Shown: in pieces, positions 1 to 10,313 of the stretch
Position numbering within the stretch: position 1 is the stretch's first letter
Layout: every line of letters begins with the position of its first letter
Sequence record: OR805293.1
Length of the DNA: 64,000 bases
Strand: one strand, 5' to 3'
Translations under genes and position numbers: made by a program
Notes under the pieces: generated by a model
What the model saw: only the letters and a program-made list of their open reading frames with translations
Databases searched by the model: none
What the model was told of the DNA's origin: nothing

Positions 1-311
1 ATCATTCTAGCTAAACGTATAATGCTATCCCTACGCTCAGCAGTATCCATAAAGTTTTCTCTAGAATTTAAATCCATTCTGAATGCAAGGCTAGTTCCTA
101 GATATGCAAGCAATTCAATAATAGCAATAAATTCAGAGCTTTCTATGTAATCATTAAAATCTTCAGGATAATGAATTTGAACATAATTAACTAACGCAGT
201 CTTTAAGGAATCAAAATCATATGCTTTGAAATCGACGTCCTTGAAACTTTTATATATTTTTCTATAATCTTCCGCTGCGAACAGATTAGATTGTCTTACG
301 TCTTGTGACAT
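1..311 (-). CDS. gp6: Baseplate wedge protein (T4 gp6-like), N-terminal part, runs off window
   Basis: Manual translation from ATG at 311: MSQDVRQSNLFAAEDYRKIYKSFKDVDFKAYDFDSLKTALVNY...ENFMDTAERRDSIIRLARM, a typical gp6 N-terminus; follows gp25. Confidence 0.85.
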   Translation of the reverse strand, partial: MSQDVRQSNLFAAEDYRKIYKSFKDVDFKAYDFDSLKTALVNYVQIHYPEDFNDYIESSEFIAIIELLAYLGTSLAFRMDLNSRENFMDTAERRDSIIRLARM

Positions 312-325
312 GAATTAATTCCTAC

Positions 326-718
326 TTATAATCTATCTATGTTAGAACTATTTTCTTGAGTAAAAATAGCAATAAGCCTTTCTGGGGTTTGGTATGGCAA
401 AAATGTAAGTAATACCTCTATTCTTATTCCGTTGTGAAGTTGTATTACTTTTATATCGTCATCGCTATTTAATTGAACTCTCGGGTCAGAACCAATTACG
501 TCCTTGACATCATCTACAACTATTCCTACTGTATATTCGTCTAGGGGATCCATTACATAGTCGTGTATGATACTTCCGAATTCGGGTAACATAACTCGTT
601 CGCCCTTTCTTGTATAGAAATGATTCATTAAATCTACTTTAACTAAATCTATGTCATTTACTTGATACGGTGGCCTAACTTTACCTACCGTAGAAAATCC
701 AATAAACACTTTTGCCAC
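326..718 (-). CDS. gp25: Baseplate wedge subunit gp25-like
   Basis: TRKGERVMLPEFGS and DPRV motifs of the gp25/GPW family; directly upstream of gp6. Confidence 0.9.
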   Translation of the reverse strand: MAKVFIGFSTVGKVRPPYQVNDIDLVKVDLMNHFYTRKGERVMLPEFGSIIHDYVMDPLDEYTVGIVVDDVKDVIGSDPRVQLNSDDDIKVIQLHNGIRIEVLLTFLPYQTPERLIAIFTQENSSNIDRL

Positions 719-773
719 TTTATTATTCCTGTTTATTTCAATATTTATCTGGATATTTTTCTACATACTTAAC

Positions 774-802
774 TTGACGGATAACAGTAAAATTAGTATA
801 CT
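774..802 (+). promoter_or_regulatory. sigma70-type early promoter
   Basis: TTGACG-17 nt-TATACT upstream of ORF 855. Confidence 0.75.
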
Positions 803-854
803 GTATGCATGTTAAGTAATTCCGCTTAACAGTAACTAAGCAAAGAAAAAGAAA

Positions 855-1097
855 ATGGCAAAAGAAAAAGTAACTTTCCCTATCTATAAATTCAACCGCA
901 TTGCAGAAATGGCTGACAAATATAATTCTAAAACTAAGACACAACGGTTTCAAGTTATGTCTAAGTTTAAAGGAACTCAGCTCATAGAAGTTGGACTGTA
1001 CGATACTAAAGATAAGAAATATGTACTAGTAGATACACGCCATTATACAATGGATGATTGTATAAAAGAAATGGAATCTATGATTTCAGGAAAGTAA
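855..1097 (+). CDS. Hypothetical protein (80 aa)
   Basis: ATG start, own promoter and downstream terminator. Confidence 0.7.
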   Translation: MAKEKVTFPIYKFNRIAEMADKYNSKTKTQRFQVMSKFKGTQLIEVGLYDTKDKKYVLVDTRHYTMDDCIKEMESMISGK

Positions 1098-1111
1098 CTT
1101 AAACAGAAGGG

Positions 1112-1141
1112 AGGGGGTTAAGTAACTAACCCCCTATTTTT
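1112..1141 (+). terminator. Intrinsic terminator
   Basis: AGGGGGTTA/TAACCCCCT stem followed by a T-run. Confidence 0.75.
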
Positions 1142-1426
1142 ATGCCCGGAAAATTAAAGTATCATAATAGCTATGACTTTATATACGGCGTCTATGTTAT
1201 CGCAAAAGATTCCCACAAAGGACAATATGTATGCATAGCTTTATCCGAAGACTTAGACGAAGAATATATATTTAATGAAATCAATTTTTATAGTGTACGC
1301 TATATAAAAGATAATTTCTACGATGTATATTGCAAATTCGATTTATTTACTTTTGCTAGAATGTTGGCAACACATTTAGAATTATTGTACGACAGAAGAT
1401 ACAATTATTTTAATGACGATTTATAA
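1142..1426 (+). CDS. Hypothetical protein (94 aa)
   Basis: ORF fills the gap up to the convergent gp5 gene; no clear RBS. Confidence 0.55.
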   Translation: MPGKLKYHNSYDFIYGVYVIAKDSHKGQYVCIALSEDLDEEYIFNEINFYSVRYIKDNFYDVYCKFDLFTFARMLATHLELLYDRRYNYFNDDL

Positions 1427-1433
1427 AGGAGCA

Positions 1434-2867
1434 TTATGCTCCTTTATTTTTGTGCTCAGGGCACGGTTCGAATGTATTAAATCTAGATACTATAGTAGTT
1501 ACTCCTGGCTGAGACATTCTATTATATCTATTTGCATCACTAAACTCAGGCAATATATTAGTTTTGCCATTAGTAGTAGGTGTACTTGCTTCAGTAGGAG
1601 AATCAGGCGCCGGCGGCTGCGGACCGTTCATATGTATATTAGCACCTAACTCGATAATATCCCCACCTGCACTTAACCCATATGTTCCGTTAGTAGCAGT
1701 TGCTATCTGTCCTGCAGCTTGTAAATTATAATTAGAACCTGCTTTTAAAGATATATCAACTCCGGCAGTGTTATGCAAACTGCCTCCTAATTGATTTAGT
1801 AATGTATCTTTTTGTGATTGAATATTTAAATTATTATTAGCTTGTATAAATATATCTCCGCCTTGACCTGTTAGTTCCGGGGCTATGCCTCCGGTAGAAA
1901 CAGTAGTATAGTCTTTAGATGCTTTAATGTTTATATTTCTTCCTGCCTCTATATTAATATCTCTATCTGCTCGTATATTGAAATCTTCCATAAAACGTAA
2001 AGATCCGGATTTTGCACCAAATACATCTACGTTACCTGAGTTATCTAATTCTATCCAAGCAGTGCCCAATTTATTAATTATATAAATTATTCCATTAGTT
2101 TCATCTAATCTTATTTGAGCACCAGATCTAGTTCTTAATGTGATATGTTCGGATGTGGGTGCATCATCCATAACGAACTGATGACCGCCATGCCTTCTTG
2201 CATTTGCACCGTCTATTACTGGTCCTGGGGTAAGAATACCGAATACCTGACTAGGTGCTTCCCTGCGTGCAGATGATGAAGATACACCCCGTATATTATC
2301 GTTAATAAGCCCTTGCGTTTTTAATCCTTGGGCAAGACTAGCAACAGGTTTATTAATAGTTTGTGCATTTACTTTTTCTAGTGTGTTTTTATTATATTCG
2401 CCTACAGGTAGAGATTTGCCTGCTGTCTCATAATTATTAACACTGCCGGCAACTGCAGGAATCATATGATTCATCTGTTGTTGCCATATGCATCCAAACC
2501 AAAATCCCTTTGCAGGGTCGCCATTAGCAAACATTACAGCTACTTGATTTTCAAGATCCGGCGGAACTGCCCACATACCGTAAGATGTTTGTGTTTCGTG
2601 GAATGCAGATACATCTTGTGAGCCGCCGATTGTCATAGGATTAGTTGCGCCAGCAAATGGCGAACAGTATCCAACTAACAACCAACCAGATTCATCGCTC
2701 GGATCAGTACCGAATTCCGGGACCCAAACCCTAAGTCTTCCCATTCTGTTGCTATCGACATTATCTTTGACAAACCCAATATACATTCCGTAATATTTTT
2801 GTGCTCTGCCGGTTGGTGTTTTGCTAGCAGACGGATTTACACCTACTGTTCTAGAATATGTACTCAT
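1434..2867 (-). CDS. gp5: Baseplate central spike/hub protein (gp5/VgrG-like OB fold)
   Basis: YIGFVKDNVDSNRMGRLRVWVP...GMWAVPPDLENQVAVMFANGD OB-fold; GHQFVMDD...LRTRSGAQI beta-helix repeats. Confidence 0.85.
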   Translation of the reverse strand: MSTYSRTVGVNPSASKTPTGRAQKYYGMYIGFVKDNVDSNRMGRLRVWVPEFGTDPSDESGWLLVGYCSPFAGATNPMTIGGSQDVSAFHETQTSYGMWAVPPDLENQVAVMFANGDPAKGFWFGCIWQQQMNHMIPAVAGSVNNYETAGKSLPVGEYNKNTLEKVNAQTINKPVASLAQGLKTQGLINDNIRGVSSSSARREAPSQVFGILTPGPVIDGANARRHGGHQFVMDDAPTSEHITLRTRSGAQIRLDETNGIIYIINKLGTAWIELDNSGNVDVFGAKSGSLRFMEDFNIRADRDINIEAGRNINIKASKDYTTVSTGGIAPELTGQGGDIFIQANNNLNIQSQKDTLLNQLGGSLHNTAGVDISLKAGSNYNLQAAGQIATATNGTYGLSAGGDIIELGANIHMNGPQPPAPDSPTEASTPTTNGKTNILPEFSDANRYNRMSQPGVTTIVSRFNTFEPCPEHKNKGA

Positions 2868-4891
2868 TATTGATTAAACCTTTGGATGTCTATGTCTGTT
2901 ATATCAGTTAATTTATCTCTTACTGCTTGCAATTCTTGACGGAATATGCCTTTGGAAAAAACATGCTTCACTACTATAACTTGATATATGCCATTTATAA
3001 TAGTATTTTGTTTCATGGAAGATGTTACTGTTCCTTCTATATAATTTAAATTAGGAGTCTGACTAGTAAACAAAAAGAATACTTGAGACGAAGTAGGATT
3101 AACATAAGATGTATTTGTACTGTTTATCCTATCCTCTACTGTACTTATTTTATTAGTTGTAGGCGGACCTAGCCAATAAGGATCTCCTTTTATAGATAAA
3201 TCTATTTTAAGCAATTCGGCGTTATCATCATACATTATTTGAGAAAATAATGAAGATAAAAAAGATTTACCTGCATGATAGTTATCTTCTACACCTATAT
3301 CATCATTTGAAGTATCTGGAGTTTCTATAGTTGTAATAGGAAGTTTACTTAATGAATCTGCAGTAGCATCTTCTATAAATTGTATGGCATTTTGCCTTAC
3401 TTCAGTTTCTTGATCTGTGTCGGGATCTGCATTTGTATTTTCTCTAATCCTTGCCTGCCTTCCTTTTGACACCAGAGACGATTGTTCTGTATTTGTATCT
3501 ACAGTAGATACATTTCTAGGATCCTGGCGATCTGTACCAGGAGTAACAGTTGAATTAAATTTGCTTTTCACAGATGCACTAGTTGACATCTTCTGTTTTA
3601 ATAATAACTGATCAGGTGACATTCTTCTACCTGGATCAACAGATGTATAGGTATCTACTGTTCCTGTTTGCCTAGGTAGCGTAGCATACCACATGAAATT
3701 AAATTTCAAATTAAAATCTAATATTTGATCATTTAATCCAGTAAATAGATAATTATAATGCTTTCTTAGAACACTTCTACCTAAATATTCATTAAATCTG
3801 TTTTCTGAAGACTCGGGTGTAACTCTAGATTCATCCTTCGATGCAACTATTGTCATTGTATCGTACGGTACGATAACATACCTAAAATTCCTAGCATAAT
3901 CCCCTCTTCCTGGGTCATATTCTAGCGTGTCTACTTGAGACAAAACCCTATATAATTTTTTAACCATAGACCTATTTGGATCTGGATTAAATTGGGGGTG
4001 AGCCGGAACATCCGAACCTGCAATTTCCTTTTCAATAACTTCTGTAGAATTTATTATAGTTTCAATTATATACTGAATACTAGTATTATCATAAAATTGA
4101 ACAGTAGTTACTGAGTTATCATCCACTACATAGTCAGATAATCTGTCAATTGTTTGGTCGGAATTAGATATTTTTAACGGAGCATTTATTAATCTCTCAT
4201 CCGAAATTATTATTTCGTACTTATCTGGCTTCAATTGTTTATTAGATGCTCGCTGTGGCTGTCTATCATTGAGTGATTGTTTTAATTTTTCTAACATTTC
4301 GCCTACAGTTTTGCCAGAAAGAGATATACCTTGTTGCATATCGCCGTATTGGTTTGTATATCCTAGTTCACTGTATACTGCTCCTACAAAATCATAAGTT
4401 GTACCCGATCCTGTAACAACCATATCCATTTTAGTTATAGTAATAGGAAATACCCATTTTGCCTTCATAACAGACGGCAACGAAGAAGTTGTTGTTCTAC
4501 CTTTAAAAGTCAATTCCATAAAATATGGTGCTTTTAAGTAATTATCTATACCTAAACTAACAGCAGATGCATATAACTGATCTAACATACTACTGCCATG
4601 AGGTTCTTGAATTTTAAAAGATAATGTTGTAGACTCACCCGTGCCAGTTTCTACTGTCATTCCGGGAACAGTTGTTAATATGAAGTCATCTATACCTAAT
4701 CCAGTAACACCCGATTCTGCAATTGTTATTTGCCTGGACCTGTCTAATACATTATTGTTTACTATATCTTCTATAGAGCACATATATAGTCGCAAATGAT
4801 AAGTAGTGCTAGTTATAGAATCTAATGGATTAGGTAAAAACGGATACATATTTGTATCCGTATTAGTAGGAGTAGGTTTGTTTAATGACAT
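2867..4891 (-). CDS. Baseplate hub protein (gp27/gp44-like)
   Basis: C-terminal LSIKGDPYWLG and INGIYQVIVVKHVFSKGIFRQEL motifs; between gp53 and gp5. Confidence 0.7.
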   Translation of the reverse strand: MSLNKPTPTNTDTNMYPFLPNPLDSITSTTYHLRLYMCSIEDIVNNNVLDRSRQITIAESGVTGLGIDDFILTTVPGMTVETGTGESTTLSFKIQEPHGSSMLDQLYASAVSLGIDNYLKAPYFMELTFKGRTTTSSLPSVMKAKWVFPITITKMDMVVTGSGTTYDFVGAVYSELGYTNQYGDMQQGISLSGKTVGEMLEKLKQSLNDRQPQRASNKQLKPDKYEIIISDERLINAPLKISNSDQTIDRLSDYVVDDNSVTTVQFYDNTSIQYIIETIINSTEVIEKEIAGSDVPAHPQFNPDPNRSMVKKLYRVLSQVDTLEYDPGRGDYARNFRYVIVPYDTMTIVASKDESRVTPESSENRFNEYLGRSVLRKHYNYLFTGLNDQILDFNLKFNFMWYATLPRQTGTVDTYTSVDPGRRMSPDQLLLKQKMSTSASVKSKFNSTVTPGTDRQDPRNVSTVDTNTEQSSLVSKGRQARIRENTNADPDTDQETEVRQNAIQFIEDATADSLSKLPITTIETPDTSNDDIGVEDNYHAGKSFLSSLFSQIMYDDNAELLKIDLSIKGDPYWLGPPTTNKISTVEDRINSTNTSYVNPTSSQVFFLFTSQTPNLNYIEGTVTSSMKQNTIINGIYQVIVVKHVFSKGIFRQELQAVRDKLTDITDIDIQRFNQ

Positions 4892-5190
4892 TAAATTATA
4901 CCTTCTAACGATTCTATAGTGGGTGCATATATAGATTTTCCTGCAGTAAAATCGTATATAGGATCGATTAATTCATCCATATTTCTTACCGCAAATACCC
5001 ACCAAAGTTCTTCTGTTCCGTATAAATCATACGAAAGCAAATCAGGTCTTTGATCATATTTAGGTGCAATAACAATTAATTCATCAGTTATATTAGGTAA
5101 TATTTTCCTAGGAACCCATAAATCTAAATAAAAATCTTTTATAGGTGTATCATAATATCGGCTTTTCGTAGAAGAAATGTTATTTGCCAT
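4891..5190 (-). CDS. gp53: Baseplate wedge gp53-like / LysM protein
   Basis: RPDLLSYDLYGTEELWWVFAVRN motif. Confidence 0.85.
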   Translation of the reverse strand: MANNISSTKSRYYDTPIKDFYLDLWVPRKILPNITDELIVIAPKYDQRPDLLSYDLYGTEELWWVFAVRNMDELIDPIYDFTAGKSIYAPTIESLEGII

Positions 5191-5825
5191 TATATAAATC
5201 CTTTATTATTCTTCAGTAACTCACCTGTCCTAAATTTACTTAGATCAAATGTCTGCCTAACCTCTTGTGGATTATATTGAGGTTCTAACGTTATCGTCAT
5301 AGTTAATTGAGTAGGAACATCTGTATTTTCACTTATATTGTTAAATCTTACAGGGACATAATCTACTTTGTTGTCTAAAATAATACTGAAATTTTTAACA
5401 ACTACTGGCACATTTTTGAACATGTATGTTCCTAAGTAATTAAATGATAAAATAGGCGGTGGCGTGCCTGCTCTTACTAAATCTGTTTGTCCGAAGTAAT
5501 TTTTTGTTACTGTTCGCATAAAATGCATTGCTGCTAATGTATATCTTGCCTCTACATCTGTTTGTGATGTAAATATTGCCTCTACTGATATGGGCTGAGG
5601 TGCAGATTTAACATATGCAAGGTATTTGTAGTTAGTATGAGTAAAATGAAAGGATTCATCGTATTCTGCATCTGCTGCTAATGTAACTATCGGTCTGAAC
5701 GGAAATATCAAACCGCCTGTCTTTTTTAGAGGTGCAAGAATGTTAACAAGCTGGTCATTACTTTCTCCAAATAAATCATTTGCAGCTAACGCATTCTTTG
5801 GTTTTAAAATTGCTCTACTATCCAC
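5190..5825 (-). CDS. Baseplate tail-tube initiator/cap (gp48/gp54-like)
   Basis: GTPPPILSFNYLGTYMFKNVPVVVKNFSI motif; head of baseplate operon. Confidence 0.7.
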   Translation of the reverse strand: MDSRAILKPKNALAANDLFGESNDQLVNILAPLKKTGGLIFPFRPIVTLAADAEYDESFHFTHTNYKYLAYVKSAPQPISVEAIFTSQTDVEARYTLAAMHFMRTVTKNYFGQTDLVRAGTPPPILSFNYLGTYMFKNVPVVVKNFSIILDNKVDYVPVRFNNISENTDVPTQLTMTITLEPQYNPQEVRQTFDLSKFRTGELLKNNKGFI

Positions 5826-5845
5826 GATATATAATCTCTTTTATA

Positions 5846-5853
5846 TATTTATC
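5846..5853 (-). promoter_or_regulatory. Putative late promoter GATAAATA
   Basis: T4 TATAAATA-like octamer 20 nt upstream of the baseplate operon; recurs before most structural operons. Confidence 0.7.
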
Positions 5854-5874
5854 AGTAGGTTTATATGCTAATAT

Positions 5875-5903
5875 TTGACTTTGAAAATATTTTGTTGTAA
5901 AAT
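5875..5903 (+). promoter_or_regulatory. sigma70-type promoter
   Basis: TTGACT-17 nt-TAAAAT upstream of gp55. Confidence 0.65.
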
Positions 5904-5927
5904 AATAATAAAAAGCATGGATGCACA

Positions 5928-6770
5928 ATGAATACAAAAATTGTAGTTAATTATATTAATAATAAAGAAATGTTAAAGGAAATACATCGTAGTAAAAATT
6001 CATTCTGCGAATATATTTCCCCAAAGTATAAAGATTACGATATTATCTTTACTTCAAAAGAAGACTGTCTGAAACAAGAAAATATAAACGCAGCAATACT
6101 TAAACGAGCAGAGCGTTTAACTCAAGTACAGATAGATGAATATGCATTAAGAACAAATACTAGTTCTAAAAAAGCAAAAGCATCTATAACCCAAGTAGAT
6201 CCTGCAACAATAAATAAACATGATGTTGTTTTTCGTGTTATCACATACGAACATATTCCAGAAGATCATGATAGGAAAAAGACAAAAAAATCAATTAAAG
6301 ACTATCATGTTAAGTTAAATTTTACTCCTTTTAAGCATTTTATTATAGACGAAAATAATAACTTAGTAGAAGTAGGCAGAAGTCACAGCAAAAAAGGAGA
6401 GTTTTGCTTAACTGGAGGATCTATATCAGATAGATTAGCAAAAATGTTTATGTTGTTAATTGACAAATTCGGTCAAAAAAGCAACTGGCGTGGATATTCA
6501 TATCTAGATGAAATGAAGGGACAAGCTTTACTTCAGTTAGCGTCTATGGGGTTGCAATTCGACGAACATTTAAGCGATAATCCCTTTGCATATTACACTT
6601 CGTCTATAAACAATTCTTTTACTAGGGTATTCAACATAGAAAAACGTAATCAAATAATCAGGGACGATTTATTACAAAATATGGGACAAAATCCTAGCCT
6701 TACTAGACAATTAGAACACGATGAGCAAATTCGGTTGCTCAGAGAATTAAATGATTCTAAAGATGATTAA
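5928..6770 (+). CDS. gp55: Late transcription sigma factor (gp55-like), long N-terminal extension
   Basis: YINNKEML at N-terminus; NWRGYSYLDEMKGQALLQL...NPFAYYTSSINNSF motif; adjacent to gp47/gp46 as in T4-like phages. Confidence 0.85.
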   Translation: MNTKIVVNYINNKEMLKEIHRSKNSFCEYISPKYKDYDIIFTSKEDCLKQENINAAILKRAERLTQVQIDEYALRTNTSSKKAKASITQVDPATINKHDVVFRVITYEHIPEDHDRKKTKKSIKDYHVKLNFTPFKHFIIDENNNLVEVGRSHSKKGEFCLTGGSISDRLAKMFMLLIDKFGQKSNWRGYSYLDEMKGQALLQLASMGLQFDEHLSDNPFAYYTSSINNSFTRVFNIEKRNQIIRDDLLQNMGQNPSLTRQLEHDEQIRLLRELNDSKDD

Positions 6771-6781
6771 AAGGATTTAAA

Positions 6782-7795
6782 GTGGGTAATTTATTTAAGA
6801 AAGTTGCATGTTTTAGTGATATTCACTTCGGATTGCATCATAACTCTAAAATTCACAATCAAGACTGTGAAGATTTCATTAAGTGGTTTTGTAAAACTGC
6901 TAAAGAAAAAAATGCAGAAACATGTATATTTTTAGGCGATTGGCATCATACAAGAAACACCATTAATGTATCTACACTAAACTACACTATGTCTAGTTTA
7001 GAACTACTAAACGATACGTTCGAAAAAGTATATTTTATCACTGGCAATCATGACCTTATGTATAGAGAAAAAAGAGAAGTACATTCTATTCCGATGGGTC
7101 ACAAATATCCTAATATAGTTATGATAGAAGATCCGTTCGAACAAGGTGATGTATCTATTCTACCGTGGTTAGTAGGAGATGAATGGAAAGACGTTCCTAA
7201 AATAAAAGCAAAATATTTGTTTGGGCATTTAGAAATTCCAGGATTTAAACTAAATGCAATGGTAGAAATGCCCGATGTAGGAGAAATAAAATCCGAACAT
7301 TTTGTTAATCAAACATATGTATTTTCTGGACATTTTCATAAGAGACAAGTAAATGGAAAAATTAATTATATCGGCAATCCATTTGGTCACAACTATTCTG
7401 ATGTATGGGATTTTGATAGGGGTGCAATGTTTTTAGAATGGGGAGGGGAACCTGAATATGTTAATTACGAAGACGGACCTAGATTCATATCCACTACATT
7501 GAAACAAATACTAGAAAATCCAGATTATTATCTTAAGCCAAAAACTCACGTAAAAGCAACTATAGATGTAGATATAACATACGAAGAAGCCAATTTCTTA
7601 CGTGAAACATTCTTGTCTTCATATAAAGTTAGAGAATTTAAATTATTACAGTCTAAATATAGCGAACACGAAATAGAAAGTGATACTGAAACTGAATTCG
7701 AAACTGTAGATGAAATTGTTATTTCCGAACTAACTAATATTCAAAGTGATAACTTTGATAAAAACATACTTATAAGCATTTACACAAACCTATAA
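6782..7795 (+). CDS. gp47: Recombination endonuclease (gp47/SbcD/Mre11)
   Basis: Metallophosphoesterase motifs DIHFG, GDWHH, GNHD, GHFH. Confidence 0.95.
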   Translation: MGNLFKKVACFSDIHFGLHHNSKIHNQDCEDFIKWFCKTAKEKNAETCIFLGDWHHTRNTINVSTLNYTMSSLELLNDTFEKVYFITGNHDLMYREKREVHSIPMGHKYPNIVMIEDPFEQGDVSILPWLVGDEWKDVPKIKAKYLFGHLEIPGFKLNAMVEMPDVGEIKSEHFVNQTYVFSGHFHKRQVNGKINYIGNPFGHNYSDVWDFDRGAMFLEWGGEPEYVNYEDGPRFISTTLKQILENPDYYLKPKTHVKATIDVDITYEEANFLRETFLSSYKVREFKLLQSKYSEHEIESDTETEFETVDEIVISELTNIQSDNFDKNILISIYTNL

Positions 7796-9549
7796 TGTTA
7801 AAATTTAAATCTATATCAATGCGAAATTTTATGTCTGTCGGTAATAATACACAGACTATATTGCTAGACGAAAACGATCTAACATTAGTTTTAGGAGAAA
7901 ATTTAGATCTCGGTGGCAATGACAGTAAAAACGGAACCGGTAAGACTGCAAAATTAAATGCACTTTCATACGCACTCTTTGGTACAGCATTAACTAATAT
8001 AAGAAAAGAAAATCTAATTAATAAAACAAATGAAAAAAATATGTATGTTAAATTAGAATTTTCGTTGAATAATAAAGAGTACAAAATAGAAAGGGGAAGA
8101 AAACCCAATATATTTAAAGTTATAATCAACAACAAAGAATTAGAAACAGACGAAACTGACGAAGCGCAAGGCGACAGCAGACAAACACAACTTGCATTAG
8201 AAAAGGAATTAGGTTTTAGTCATAATATGTTTAAAAACATAATTGCACTAAACACTTATTCCACTCCTTTTCTCTCTATGAAAACTACCGAACAAAGAGA
8301 ATTAATAGAACAACTGCTAGGCATAACTAAACTAAGTGAAAAAGCAGATATTCTAAAAAATTTAGTTAAAGATACTAAAGATAGAATTAAAGAAGAAGAA
8401 TTTAGAATTAAAGCAATCCAAGAAGCAAATAAAAGCATAGAACAAAACATTGCTTCTATGGAACTTAGAAGCAAAGCCTGGGATAAAAGACATTTAGATA
8501 CTTTACAAGAATACAGAGAATCGCTAGAGCATCTAAATAAAATAGATATAGATACTGAAATAGAAATGCATAAAATTTTAAAAGAGATTTCTATTAAAGA
8601 AAGAGAAAAAAATGATATTTTAAAAGAATATAATATTGTAGAACGAGAAATACAATCATTATCTACAACAGTATCTCACCTTTCGTCACAATTACTAAAA
8701 ACTACAGAACACAACGAATGTCCTACATGCGGGCAAGAATTAAATGATAGTCATACTTCATTAACTGAATCTTTAAAATTAAAGTTAGAATCTGCAACTA
8801 ATTCACTTAAAGAAAAAGAAAATGAAAAAGAATTAATTTTAAATACATTGAATTCTATTTTTATACCGGAAAAACCATCTACGTTTTATTCGTCTTTAGA
8901 TGATGTTTATAATCATAAAACTATGATTAATACACTAGAGCATTCTATAGAAAAAGAAGAAATGCTAACTAACCCTCACGTAGAAAATGTTTCTATTTTA
9001 CGGGATAGTATAAAACAAGTCGATTTCGAAACTATTAATACGTTAGTTTCGCTGCGAGATCATCAAGAATTTTTATTAAAACTGCTAACCTCAAAAGATA
9101 GTTTTATAAGAAAAAAGATTATAGATCAAAATTTATCGTATCTAAATACAAGACTTGCACACTACTTAATAAAAATAGGATTGCCACACGAAGTAAAATT
9201 TATGTCTGACCTAGAAGTTCAGATTACAGAACACGGCAGAGAATTAGATTTTGATAATTTAAGTAGAGGTGAACGCACCCGTTTAATTCTTTCACTAAGT
9301 TGGGCATTTAGAGATGTATTTGAAAGTCTTAACTATAAAATAAATCTGCTGTATATAGACGAATTAATAGACAATGGATTAGATACTAGAGGTGTAGAAT
9401 CTGCTCTAAGCATTCTAAAACAAATGTCAAGGGATTCTAGCAGAAAAGTATTTTTAGTGTCACACAGAGAAGAATTAATTGGACGAGTTGATGTTCAACT
9501 AAAAGCAGTAAAAGAAGGTGGATTTACTTCTTATACAATCGAAGGATAA
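7795..9549 (+). CDS. gp46: Recombination ATPase (gp46/SbcC/Rad50)
   Basis: Walker A NGTGKT, zinc hook CPTCG, signature LSRGE, Walker B LLYIDE. Confidence 0.95.
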   Translation: MLKFKSISMRNFMSVGNNTQTILLDENDLTLVLGENLDLGGNDSKNGTGKTAKLNALSYALFGTALTNIRKENLINKTNEKNMYVKLEFSLNNKEYKIERGRKPNIFKVIINNKELETDETDEAQGDSRQTQLALEKELGFSHNMFKNIIALNTYSTPFLSMKTTEQRELIEQLLGITKLSEKADILKNLVKDTKDRIKEEEFRIKAIQEANKSIEQNIASMELRSKAWDKRHLDTLQEYRESLEHLNKIDIDTEIEMHKILKEISIKEREKNDILKEYNIVEREIQSLSTTVSHLSSQLLKTTEHNECPTCGQELNDSHTSLTESLKLKLESATNSLKEKENEKELILNTLNSIFIPEKPSTFYSSLDDVYNHKTMINTLEHSIEKEEMLTNPHVENVSILRDSIKQVDFETINTLVSLRDHQEFLLKLLTSKDSFIRKKIIDQNLSYLNTRLAHYLIKIGLPHEVKFMSDLEVQITEHGRELDFDNLSRGERTRLILSLSWAFRDVFESLNYKINLLYIDELIDNGLDTRGVESALSILKQMSRDSSRKVFLVSHREELIGRVDVQLKAVKEGGFTSYTIEG

Positions 9550-9550
9550 T

Positions 9551-9576
9551 AAAAAAGAGGCTTAAGCCTCTTTTTT
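9551..9576. terminator. Bidirectional intrinsic terminator
   Basis: AAAAAAGAGGC-TTAA-GCCTCTTTTTT between convergent genes. Confidence 0.85.
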
Positions 9577-10311
9577 ATTAGTTTCTATTTTTGCTTTATC
9601 TAGTTGCTGTTTACTAATATATTTCACATTAATTGTTATATTTTTGTTATCTTTTGCTTTAGTTAACCTATGAGCACCGTCTATTACATATAGTTTACCG
9701 TTGTCTTTATACACTATTATAGGGATGCTCACATCGGCAGCTTTTACTCTCGACGGCGCTAATTTGGTATATCGTAATATCCATGTTAAGTCTTTTATTT
9801 TAACACTTTCTACAGGAGCATGCTCTGTACTTCTAAAAATATCATCTAATCTATATTCATTACCATTATGCGTTAATGTACTATGTTTACCTTCTGTATA
9901 AGATTCAGAAATAGTATTAATGTTGTTGCCTATGTTAGATATTCTTGTTAAACTAGATTCAGTATCAGAAGCTATTATGTCTCTACTATCTCCTGATCCT
10001 TTAAAATCGTAAACAATTATTCTTACTACATTAGGGAATATAGAAGATTTATTTACTTTAAGTCTTTTTATACGGTTACCCTGGTTGTCGTATAATGTTT
10101 CGTCAATTATATTAATATTAAAAGATTTTGCTAAATCCTTTGCAGTAATACCTACCTCTGCGGGTGATTCTCTAGAATATCTAGCCCTATTATCTATTAC
10201 TAACTCAGTATTGTTAAAAAATGGATATTTATTCAATACATTGTTTAGTATTTTTTTAAATTTTGTATCTATAGGCTTAAACGGTAAAATCTCGCCTTCT
10301 ATAAATCTCAT
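9562..10311 (-). CDS. ParB/Srx-like domain protein
   Basis: C-terminal PIIVYKDNGKLYVIDGAHRL motif. Confidence 0.7.
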   Translation of the reverse strand: MRFIEGEILPFKPIDTKFKKILNNVLNKYPFFNNTELVIDNRARYSRESPAEVGITAKDLAKSFNINIIDETLYDNQGNRIKRLKVNKSSIFPNVVRIIVYDFKGSGDSRDIIASDTESSLTRISNIGNNINTISESYTEGKHSTLTHNGNEYRLDDIFRSTEHAPVESVKIKDLTWILRYTKLAPSRVKAADVSIPIIVYKDNGKLYVIDGAHRLTKAKDNKNITINVKYISKQQLDKAKIETNKKEA

Positions 10312-10313
10312 TA

